In this document: one piece after another, positions 20,155 through 28,651 of the stretch
Layout of the letters: each line of letters starts with the position of its first letter
How positions within the stretch are numbered: the stretch's first letter is position 1
Origin: an uncultured Chloroflexia bacterium
GTDB taxonomy: Bacteria > Chloroflexota > Anaerolineae > Anaerolineales > UBA4823
Direction: 5' to 3'
Assembly: GCA_963714425.1 (NCBI GenBank)
Contig: CAVQOI010000001.1
Span: 286,938-350,937, forward strand
DNA: 64,000 nt
The notes under the pieces: model-generated
The model's database searches: none
Seen by the model: only the letters and a program-made list of their open reading frames with translations
What the model was told of the DNA's origin: nothing
Translations under genes and position numbers: made by a program

Positions 20155-20664
20155 ATGAAAATCAGCAAGCGTCTGTTCGTGATCGTCGTGTTCGTTCTTC
20201 TCATTCTGGCATTGCCTGGCACGGCCATGGCAAACAAGCAGCTATGGCAGGCGAGGCTGTCGACAGACAATGAGCTGCATCAAGTTGTTGGTTCTTCGGC
20301 ACGTGGCTCCGCGACGTTCGCCACAGCTCCGGATGGCACAGGATTCAGCTTCATTATCGTGGTGCGCAACTTATCTGGTCCAGTTACCGGTGCGCACATC
20401 CATGCTCCTGCCGACGAGACGCAGAATGCATCTGTGGTCCTCAGCTTGTGCGGTAATCCAGCTCCATCAGCTACAGGAGAGGCGTGCGAAGTTGTGGATG
20501 GTGTCCTGACCATTGAAGGGACAATTACATCGAGTGACTTGCTTCGCGGTGGTGTAACTGGCGCCGAGCTGAAGGAGTGGATGGATGATGGCCTGACGTA
20601 TATCAACGTGCATACGGCGTCGAACCCGGCAGGTGAAGCCAGAGGGCAGATCTACCCGCGCTAG
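20155..20664 (+). CDS. secreted CHRD domain protein
   Basis: ATG 20155 follows GGAGGA. Signal peptide ends ...LPGTAMA. Motifs GAHIHAPA and YINVHTASNPAGEARGQI are typical of CHRD domains. Confidence 0.8.
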   Translation: MKISKRLFVIVVFVLLILALPGTAMANKQLWQARLSTDNELHQVVGSSARGSATFATAPDGTGFSFIIVVRNLSGPVTGAHIHAPADETQNASVVLSLCGNPAPSATGEACEVVDGVLTIEGTITSSDLLRGGVTGAELKEWMDDGLTYINVHTASNPAGEARGQIYPR

Positions 20665-20739
20665 CCTCCCTCCTGATTACCGGACCGTCGAGCTCAAGAA
20701 AGGGGCGTGACGGTCGCCGGTCTTACACCCATATACAGG

Positions 20740-20773
20740 TCGCTCCGGAATCCGGTACCAGGTTCCGGAGCGA
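20740..20773 (+). other. 11-bp perfect hairpin downstream of the CHRD gene, no U-tract
   Basis: TCGCTCCGGAA (20740-20750) pairs with TTCCGGAGCGA (20763-20773) across a 12-nt loop. Confidence 0.5.
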
Positions 20774-20910
20774 TCTGGATTATCCACGGCGCCAATGACA
20801 CGCTGGCACTGAATGCCTCACCACCCCAGGCGCCTCATTGCATGGATGGGCGTCTTAACAAGTACTTAATTCTCATTGCAATTATGATAAAATTAGTCTA
20901 ATATTTCCTT

Positions 20911-20964
20911 GATACTCGGGCGAGTGTCACTGAATAAAAAGGCGAGCCACAGCTCGCCTTTTTT
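20911..20964 (+). ncRNA. candidate ~54-nt small RNA (orphan promoter plus intrinsic terminator)
   Basis: TTGCAA (20876-20881), a 17-nt spacer and TAATAT (20899-20904). Then a stem GGCGAGC/GCTCGCC (20941-20947 / 20952-20958) followed by T6 (20959-20964). No credible ORF lies between. Confidence 0.3.
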
Positions 20965-21117
20965 ATTTCAATCTGTGAACTTGAAACGAGTGGCAAAGAG
21001 TGGCTGCATTATTATGTCTGTAATTGAATCGGACGTGTACAGAATATCTGACAATAATGTACGCAATCCGAATTACCTGTTGACAACCACCTGTGATCAT
21101 GATATTTTTGTTCTAAG

Positions 21118-22735
21118 ATGCCAATCGTCCGGCGCCTCGTTCTGTTTGCATTGCTCTGCCTGCTCTTACTGGCGGCAGGTGGACGGTTCAGTCAACGCGT
21201 CGAGGCCCAAGAAGGCGGCAGGCAAATGACCATTGTCGTTCCCTTCACAGAATATGAGTGGTGGCTTCTGGCCTTCGACGATAACGAGCTCAAGTGCCAG
21301 TTCAAGACCGACCACGAAGGCTTGCCCAATGGTGATGAGGTTGGAAGATATTGCGGCGCTGAAGTGCAAGCTGACTGGCTGAGCACCCCGCCCTGCGACA
21401 AAATCCTCAAAGGCAAAGGCAAGATCACTGCCTGCAACGGCCTGTACCTGTTGGAAATCTCCTCCCAACCCAAACAAAAAGAGATCCTGATTGACCTGCC
21501 GATCGCCTCAGCAGGCGTTACGCTGGAAGGCTGCACGCCAGAGCCGCCGGAGAACCTGTGTCAAGAGCTGCCTGAACCTGCTGGTAACCGGCGAAGAGCC
21601 TCTCCCCAACGAGCGCATTACGTCAATTGAGGGGAGCTTCAATGGCGTCCCATTTTTCTGTGAGGGCGAAAGCTGCGCCTTGCCGCTGCCTACAACTACG
21701 TTTGCCGGTATGATGGTTGAATTTTGGGCAAATTCTTCCTTCGGCAATTCCAGCCCGAAGTACACAGCTCAGGTGCGCGTCATCGATGCGGGTGTGTCCC
21801 TCACACCTGGTGGGGGCGGCTGGCATGTGGACGTGCTGAGCAGCCAATGGCGCGGCGCCCGCCTGGCAAGCTGCTCACAGACCTGGGGGGCGTTCGCACC
21901 GGTAGGCGGCAGCGTGGACTGGCTTACATCCCCTGATCAATTCGAGTTATTAGCCAGCGACGATGCCTACTATTATCTGGCAGGCAGGCTGATCTCCCAG
22001 GGTGTGGTCGACGCTTCGCATTGCCCCAGCTTGGGATTGCTGCCAAACGGCTATGCTGACACATGCGGGCTCGAATCCGCTGCACCCCTGGTGATGGAAT
22101 GGCAGAACCAATTCGATGCCCGCATTATCGAAGTTTCCAACGAGACGTCTGTCCCTGCGCAGTTAATGAAAAACCTGTTCGCCCAAGAGAGCCAATTCTG
22201 GCCTGGAATGTTCAAGGTCGAGCGTGAGTTTGGACTGGGTCAAATAACGGATAAGGGGGCGGATACGATCCTGTTATGGAATCCGGCATTCTACGAGCAG
22301 TTTTGCCCGTTGGTGTTAACGCAGGATACCTGTGACAAAGGCTATCTCAATTTACCCATCGATATTCAGGAGATGCTGCGAGGTGCCCTGGCGATCGAGG
22401 CAAAGTCGGATTGCCCGCAATGTGATGCAGGGGTAGACCTGACAAACGCGACCTTCAGCGTCAGGCTGTTTGCCGATACATTGCTGGCGAGCTGCGAGCA
22501 GGTGGCGCAGGTCGTGTTCAATGCAAGCGGCGCGGTTCCAGGGGCGGTAAGCAGCTACGAAGACCTGTGGCGCTTCACGCTGGCGAACTATCATGCAGGC
22601 CCGGGTTGCCTTTCCTACGCCATTCACGCTGCCTGGGCAGTCAATGGGCAAGAGTTGCTCTGGGAAGAGGTCACAGGCCAATTCACTGAGGCGTGTCTGG
22701 GGGTGGTGCCTTACGTAGAAAAGATCACGAAATAA
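21118..22735 (+). pseudogene. secreted SLT (lytic transglycosylase-like) domain protein, split over two overlapping frames
   Basis: ORF 21118..21630 has a signal peptide (MPIVRRLVLFALLCLLLLAAGG). ORF 21491..22735, in the +1 frame, carries LFAQESQFWPG...FGLGQITDKGA, which is SLT-like. Both frames are open across 21491-21630, and the second has no plausible independent start. Confidence 0.6.
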
Positions 22736-22844
22736 GGTCGAAATTTTCAACACATACGGCACAAAGTAAACGCAAAGGTTATAAAATATATTGTGTGCTT
22801 GGTGTAGCCTTCGTGACCTTCGTGTTAAATCTTATCACCCGTTT

Positions 22845-23030
22845 CTAAAGTTCTTTTACCAGCTCGAGGAATTCGCGCCACTCCTCATCAAAGAAGTGTA
22901 GGGTGACGTTGTTGAGCTCCAAATGGTAGGTGATCTCACCATCTGGCTCTTCGGCTCGCCAGGCGATGTAGTTTTCCGTCTCAGCGAAGACATCCGTCTT
23001 GGGTTCGGAATTGGTATCTGCTTTTGCCAT
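22845..23030 (-). CDS. 61-aa acidic protein of unknown function, translationally coupled to the radical SAM gene
   Basis: ATG 23030 lies 7 nt after the radical SAM stop (TGA 23038-23040). The gap GGGAGTT provides the SD. The sequence is MAKADTNSEPKTDVFAETENYIAWRAEEPDGEITYHLELNNVTLHFFDEEWREFLELVKEL. Confidence 0.55.
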   Translation of the reverse strand: MAKADTNSEPKTDVFAETENYIAWRAEEPDGEITYHLELNNVTLHFFDEEWREFLELVKEL

Positions 23031-23037
23031 AACTCCC

Positions 23038-24837
23038 TCATTCTCTCTCTACTTCTTTTTTGTTTGTATAATTCGCGGCTGAATAAGTTTGTAAGTTCTC
23101 AAGGTGTTCTAACTCCCATCCCAACTCATCGAACCAACGCTTGCCAATGCGGCGACTAATAGGTACTGCCTGGTTGGATACACATGAGGAAAAGACCAAT
23201 TCATTGCGAGCTTGAATCTCATCCCCCAGCTTTTCCAGCTCGGTGAGGCGCACCTGGGAATCAGAAATTTCATCGACCTTGTGGACGACCTGGATGAATT
23301 CGAGTGCATCGTCAATTCTCGCATTATACATTTTTACGACACTTCCTGGAAGGAAGCCAGTGTCAGCTTTTACTTGCATCAATCGTTTTATAGCTTTATA
23401 ACCAACCTTGACGATATCCGCCCGCGAGAGCCACGCGGTCTCGTAATTGAGGCGATTAATGATCGAAGCTCTTCCCATTGCCTGACGGTGCTCGTCTACC
23501 GTCCGATAGAATACGCGGTACCCATGCTTCGAAGGGTTTTCAAAAAACGTGGATGCAGGATCCAGGAACGGTATCATGGGGCAGATCATCGGATTCAGGC
23601 GCAAATTCCGGAATTTGCTCATGATGTGGTGGGTATACTCAACTGTGTGCATGACCGAAGTCTCATCCTGTTCGGGCATTCCCACAAAATACCAGAGATC
23701 GATCCGGTAGATACCCAGCCCTAATGCTATTTCGATCCAGCGCTCTAATTCCTGGTTGGTATAAACCCCTCTCCCAGCCAATTTGGAGACCCTAATGTCA
23801 TGGCTTTCTGGTGAAAGCGTGATTGTCGTATGTTTATTTGCTGCAACCATTTTTTTGAGCACTTCCACAGGAGTCAAGTAATACTGCTCGTAACTGATAG
23901 ACTTCAACCCCGCGCGCTCAACCAAATCGAGATATTTGTCGATCCTGGAAGCAGGCTCGTTATAAAAATTAACCGGATAGAAATGATATCTGTCGATATC
24001 CTGAGAAGATCCCATCGATTCAAACTCATACCGGATGTTTTCAAACGGTACGTAAGCTAGGCTACTATGGGTGGCATGAACTCTTTTGAAAGCATCTCGA
24101 GAACCGCCGCACCACCCACAGTTATAACTACAACCACTATTAGAAGTAGAAACCATTTCCAGTATCGGAATGACATCAGATTTTTCTTTTTTAGGTAGAT
24201 CGGACCAATCGACGCAATAACTGGATCTATGGGGCTTATGATAAAAGCCGTTGTCCACAATTTTCTTTTCGGGTGATTTCCACAGGAGATTGTCTACATT
24301 TCCCAGGCTATGCCCTGAATCGATGGCTGCCATGAGTTGCGCCATCGGCCTGTGCGTATCATAGCCGCGCATGACGAAGTCGATATACGGATAACGAATA
24401 ATCTCATTCGCATAGTAGGTGGAGGAGATACCGCCAAAAAGGATGGGAATATCCCTCCGTACTAATTTCAAACGCTCAGCTATCGCCAGACTACCTTGAA
24501 CATGAACCATCCAGTGTAGATCAATCCCTACCAAGCTTACATCCAAGGAATTAAATAAAGTATCGAGGTTAATTTGCGGAAATTGCTGCAGAAGCACAGC
24601 AAGATTGACGATTTTTACATCATATCCTTTAATGGCAAGATACCTTTGAAGCGACTTAAATCCTATCGGAAAATACTCGTATAGCGGTGAGATGGGTACC
24701 GCGCCAGAAGTCTCCAGAAACGGGAAGTAGATGTCACGCCGGGCGCGAAACTCGAAGTAGGCAGGTGGGTGAAGAAGGAGAAGATCTGCTTGCAGTTTTA
24801 CGAGATACGGGTTGTCCAGCATGATATCAGGATCCAT
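23038..24837 (-). CDS. B12-binding-domain radical SAM protein (class B-like), function unknown
   Basis: 599 aa. N-terminal Rossmann-like B12-binding region (DVKIVNL...GIDLHW...PILFGG). CxxxCxxC cluster in GCSYNCGWCGG (about 24104-24133). The gene is visibly AT-richer than its neighbours. Confidence 0.8.
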   Translation of the reverse strand: MDPDIMLDNPYLVKLQADLLLLHPPAYFEFRARRDIYFPFLETSGAVPISPLYEYFPIGFKSLQRYLAIKGYDVKIVNLAVLLQQFPQINLDTLFNSLDVSLVGIDLHWMVHVQGSLAIAERLKLVRRDIPILFGGISSTYYANEIIRYPYIDFVMRGYDTHRPMAQLMAAIDSGHSLGNVDNLLWKSPEKKIVDNGFYHKPHRSSYCVDWSDLPKKEKSDVIPILEMVSTSNSGCSYNCGWCGGSRDAFKRVHATHSSLAYVPFENIRYEFESMGSSQDIDRYHFYPVNFYNEPASRIDKYLDLVERAGLKSISYEQYYLTPVEVLKKMVAANKHTTITLSPESHDIRVSKLAGRGVYTNQELERWIEIALGLGIYRIDLWYFVGMPEQDETSVMHTVEYTHHIMSKFRNLRLNPMICPMIPFLDPASTFFENPSKHGYRVFYRTVDEHRQAMGRASIINRLNYETAWLSRADIVKVGYKAIKRLMQVKADTGFLPGSVVKMYNARIDDALEFIQVVHKVDEISDSQVRLTELEKLGDEIQARNELVFSSCVSNQAVPISRRIGKRWFDELGWELEHLENLQTYSAANYTNKKEVERE

Positions 24838-24851
24838 TGTTTGGCAGTGCT

Positions 24852-25931
24852 TTATGGCGCGGGCAGGACATACCAGGGATTGACGAAACCTCCCAGGTAG
24901 CGTACTTCGAAGTGCAGGTGGGCGCCGGTAGAGTTGCCTGTACTGCCGGCATAGCCGATGATAGAGCCCTGTCCGACACTGCGCCCGCAGCCAGCCGAGG
25001 TGCTGGACAGGTGACCGTATACGGTCTGGTAGCCGTTGCCGTGGTCGATCATGATCATATTCCCGTATCCACCTGTTGACCAGCCGGAGAAGACCACCAC
25101 ACCGCTGTCGGCAGCGTAGACCTGGGCGCCTTCGCCCGCAGCGATATCAATCGCAAGGTGACCAGACCAATAATCATTGCCAGAGAGCGAGTGGTTGCTG
25201 GCGGGCCAGATGAACCCCCCACTACCGTAAGCGCCCTCATAGCTGCCGTCGCACGCGCCGGCGCCGTAAACAGCCCGCGACACGCCGGCTGCCCCGCGCG
25301 GGATAACGGGGATGATCCACTGGCGGAACTCGCGATGCCCGCCCGGGACCATCACCAGGGTGCCAGGCTCGAGAGCTGGATTGGTTAGATCGAAGGGGTT
25401 ACCGGACCAGGAGAGGAGTGCCTTCTGATCGGCTTCAAATCGCCCCGCCACGCTTTCTAGAGTATCCCCAGCTTGCCATTCGTAGTACACGCCGTCTATT
25501 GGAGGGACTAACAACTCCATCCCCACGGAGATCATGTCTGGGTTGTCGTTGAGCAGATCGTAGTTCGCCCACAGCAAGGTTTCGGGTTTGATTTTGAACA
25601 GCGCTGCGATCTCGAAGACAGAATCGCCAAACTCGACAGTGTGAGTCTGGACGGCTACGCTGGGGCGTGTTGGGATGAGGGTGCGTAGCTCGGCTTTTCG
25701 ACCCACTGCTGGGATGCTCTCGAACATCACCCAGGGGGGCAGGCGGACAGGCTGATCGGATTCAACTGCATGCGGTGTGGCAGTGACAGCCGCCTGGGCA
25801 ACTGCTCTGACTTCTGGAAGCGAGGATTCTGTAGCGACATATCCCCAACCCAGGAAACCAGCATAGCCTGTCAGGCTCAAGGCGACCAGCCAGGCAAATA
25901 CTGATGGCAGAATGCTGGATTTAGGGGACAT
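24852..25931 (-). CDS. LysM-domain M23 family metallopeptidase
   Basis: N-terminal TM segment and two LysM-like repeats (HTVEFGDSVFEIAALF; YEWQAGDTLESVAGRF). M23 motifs HLAIDI and GAHLHFEV. Confidence 0.88.
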   Translation of the reverse strand: MSPKSSILPSVFAWLVALSLTGYAGFLGWGYVATESSLPEVRAVAQAAVTATPHAVESDQPVRLPPWVMFESIPAVGRKAELRTLIPTRPSVAVQTHTVEFGDSVFEIAALFKIKPETLLWANYDLLNDNPDMISVGMELLVPPIDGVYYEWQAGDTLESVAGRFEADQKALLSWSGNPFDLTNPALEPGTLVMVPGGHREFRQWIIPVIPRGAAGVSRAVYGAGACDGSYEGAYGSGGFIWPASNHSLSGNDYWSGHLAIDIAAGEGAQVYAADSGVVVFSGWSTGGYGNMIMIDHGNGYQTVYGHLSSTSAGCGRSVGQGSIIGYAGSTGNSTGAHLHFEVRYLGGFVNPWYVLPAP

Positions 25932-26074
25932 GACTCTTGATCGATCGCCTGGGATTTATCTGGGCAGGTTAATCTAAGGCTAGCTCTGGCGACTGTTTGC
26001 GGCTCAAGTGCAGCAGTTATCCGAGAATTCCCCCGGTCGTATGTGCGCGATGGGGAGGTGGAAACTGAAAGGAT

Positions 26075-27355
26075 TTATCGGTCTTCGTCGGTGAGCGTCT
26101 CAAGGAACTCGAGATTATCGTTGGTGCGCGCCAGGCGCTGCAGGATGGCTTCGGTGCCAGTAGACGAGTCCAGCCCAGCACCGTGGGGTGGGGCGGTGAC
26201 CATCTGATCGTACATGCGACGCATCAGCCACACGCGCGGGGTGATATCTGGTCCAAGCAGCAGCTCTTCACGCCGGGTGGAGGAGCGCTCGATGTCGATT
26301 GCTGGGAAAACGCGCCGCTCTTGCAGACGGCGAGAGAGGTGAAGCTCCATATTGCCGGTCCCTTTGAATTCTTCATAGACTACATCGTCCATGCGCGAAC
26401 CGGTGTCGACCAGGCAGGTGGCGATGATGGTGAGCGAGCCGCCTTCCTCGATGTTACGCGCTGCGCCGAAGAAGCGCTTGGGCGGGTAGAGCGCCGATGG
26501 GTCGATTCCGCCAGAGAGGGTGCGCCCGGAGGGCGTGACCACCAGGTTATAGGCGCGCGCCAGGCGGGTGATCGAATCCATCAAGATGACCACGTCGCGG
26601 TTGACTTCTACCAGGCGCTTGGCGCGTTCCAGGACCATTTCGGCGGCGCGCACGTGGGAAGTGACCGGCTCATCAAACGTCGAGGCGATGACTTCGGCGT
26701 CCACGGAGCGGTCCATATCGGTGACCTCTTCGGGGCGCTCGCCGATCAGGGCAACCATCAAATGCACCTCGGGGTACTTAGTCGAGATGGCATTGGCAAT
26801 CTGCTTGAGGATGGTGGTCTTGCCAGCCTTGGGGGGCGAGACGATCAAGCCGCGCTGCCCACGCCCAATGGGGGTCACGAGGTTGATCAGGCGTGTGGCC
26901 AGGGTGTGGCGATCCATCTCCAGGTCGAAGCGTGTATCGGGGAAGATGGGTGTGAGTGATTCGAAGACCGTCCGGTGGCGGGCGATCTCGGGATCAATAC
27001 CGTTGATGCTCTCGACCTTCAACAGCCCATAGTGCTTCTCGGATTCGCGCGGTGGGCGGACGTGACCGATGATCAGGTCCCCATTGCGCAGGTTGTAGCG
27101 CCGGATCTGGGATTGCGAGACGTATATGTCGTAGGGACCCGGCTGGTAATGCCCGGAACGCAAGAAGCCGATCCCTTCGTTCATGATCTCCAGAATGCCG
27201 CCGCGCACCTCCAGGCCTTCACGTTCAGCCTCAACCTGCTGGATACGCAGGATCAAATCTTCTTTCTTAAGCCGGAGAGCATTGGGGACATCGAGATCTT
27301 TCGCCTTCTGGCGCAATGCGGAGAGTGGTGTGTTTTCTAATTCTATGACCTTCAT
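26075..27355 (-). CDS. rho: transcription termination factor Rho
   Basis: Rho N-terminal domain (LSALRQKAKDLDV), a cold-shock-like RNA-binding domain, Walker A SPPKAGKTT and the RecA-type ATPase core. Confidence 0.96.
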   Translation of the reverse strand: MKVIELENTPLSALRQKAKDLDVPNALRLKKEDLILRIQQVEAEREGLEVRGGILEIMNEGIGFLRSGHYQPGPYDIYVSQSQIRRYNLRNGDLIIGHVRPPRESEKHYGLLKVESINGIDPEIARHRTVFESLTPIFPDTRFDLEMDRHTLATRLINLVTPIGRGQRGLIVSPPKAGKTTILKQIANAISTKYPEVHLMVALIGERPEEVTDMDRSVDAEVIASTFDEPVTSHVRAAEMVLERAKRLVEVNRDVVILMDSITRLARAYNLVVTPSGRTLSGGIDPSALYPPKRFFGAARNIEEGGSLTIIATCLVDTGSRMDDVVYEEFKGTGNMELHLSRRLQERRVFPAIDIERSSTRREELLLGPDITPRVWLMRRMYDQMVTAPPHGAGLDSSTGTEAILQRLARTNDNLEFLETLTDEDR

Positions 27356-27775
27356 GGTTGTGGACTCTGTTGCCTCAGGGGACGATGATTAGGTGCCACC
27401 GCCAGGGAGGTTTGCGTCCTGGCAGCGGGGCCGGTGAGCGGGTTAGGTGGGATTTAGCGTGAGAGGATCAATGACATCGGAACAGGTGCAGACGCATTAT
27501 AGCATACCCAGGGGAAGCCTGAAAACCTCACTCATGACCACCAGAACCACGATTAAGGGGTTAATCTGAAAGACCGGAACCTGTACCTCACAGGCCGGAC
27601 CAATACGAGTACGGGTAGACAAAATCTAATTCTTGGATAAGGATATTCCCCAGGAGTGCGCTTATTATAACATGAAATTGGGGATACTGGCGTAGGCAAG
27701 ATTGAACCAAATTGCAATCTTATGCGACTCAACAATTAAACAAGCATTTCAATCGGTCAGCAATGGAGGCACACC

Positions 27776-28541
27776 ATGTTCATTCATCAACGACGGATTC
27801 AATGGAAATGGGCGCTCGGGGCGGCTCTGCTGGCAGCTTTGCTGCTAACCGGGGTGGCGTTGGCGTATTATATTGACGTCAACACTAATGATACGGATCT
27901 GGGATCCTGATTGGATGGTAAGTCCAATATGTCATAGCTGATGCGCCAGTGATGGCATCGCTAGGCTATGATATCCACGACAGTGTGGATGTCACGGACA
28001 GATCCTGGATCCGGCACCCAATATTTTAATTTTCTTGTTCAGAATGGACCAATGCTCCTATCCGATTCCATCAATTGTAGTCAGTCCTAGATTGTGCAAC
28101 TGTCTGGATGACGATACTTCGATAATGAAAGCGAAGATCGCTAGGTTGTTTGGTACCGTCCGGTACAAGTGATGTGATGATCTACTGACGGTAGCGCAAG
28201 GGTCAATCAACACCTCCAGATGCATCGGCTAGGTTGAAGCTATGTCCTGGACTCTAGTCGGAACACAAGATACGGAACGGAATTCAAAGCCCCCTTCACG
28301 ACATATGGGGAATTGCGCTACTGCTGGGAATACTTCGGGTAAAGGTATGCAACTTTCATATCCTACAGGACACGACATTTAGTGACGATGCCACCGGCAT
28401 TCCGGCTTCAACGTCCCCACCGCCATCGAGCTGGTGAGCGTGGAAGGTCGCTCGGCGTCCAACCTGCCGCTCGTCCTGGCAGGGGCGGCTGCGGCGGTCC
28501 TGTTGGGTCTCAGCCTGGCGCTCCGGCGGCGTAAGGTTTAA
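27776..28541 (+). pseudogene. decayed surface-protein gene: intact SD and signal-anchor, stop-riddled AT-rich middle, orphaned C-terminal anchor
   Basis: GGAGG lies 6 nt before ATG 27776. A 44-aa ORF, MFIHQRRIQWKWALGAALLAALLLTGVALAYYIDVNTNDTDLGS, ends at TGA 27908-27910. Every frame across 27910-28385 has many stops. Frame 28386-28541 encodes ...VPTAIELVSVEGRSASNLPLVLAGAAAAVLLGLSLALRRRKV. Confidence 0.45.
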
Positions 28542-28588
28542 AGAATATTTCTTTCCCCCCTCCCAGGGCCAGGGGGGAGTTCGCTTCA

Positions 28589-28631
28589 AAATGGGTTGAT
28601 GTCGTCGTAATCCGACCACATCAACCCATTT
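28589..28631. terminator. 14-bp perfect stem-loop between the convergent pseudogene and the VIT/VWA gene
   Basis: AAATGGGTTGATGT (28589-28602) pairs with ACATCAACCCATTT (28618-28631). Confidence 0.65.
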
Positions 28632-28651
28632 AGTTTTGCTGTTGTGATCCG

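Noticed and set aside
21491-21560. ATG 21491 as an independent start for the SLT-domain ORF
   Set aside because: The first ~25 residues in that frame (MTCRSPQQALRWKAARQSRRRTCVKSC) look like an out-of-frame reading of the upstream gene. There is no SD, and the upstream ORF supplies the signal peptide that an exported SLT enzyme needs.
22856-23041. Alternative 61-aa ORF in another frame overlapping the small acidic ORF
   Set aside because: Its start has no SD and overlaps the radical SAM stop. Its Ser/Pro/Arg-rich translation looks non-protein-like. The 22845-23030 frame has the SD and a balanced composition.
26183-26959. 258-aa plus-strand ORF overlapping rho
   Set aside because: It is antisense to an unambiguous rho gene. 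The Gly/Asp/His-rich translation has no recognisable fold, so it is a shadow ORF.
27776-28541. Stop-codon reassignment or programmed read-through to rescue the broken surface-protein gene
   Set aside because: All three stop codons (TGA, TAG, TAA) occur repeatedly, and the N- and C-terminal remnants are in different frames. Neighbouring genes use all three as ordinary stops.
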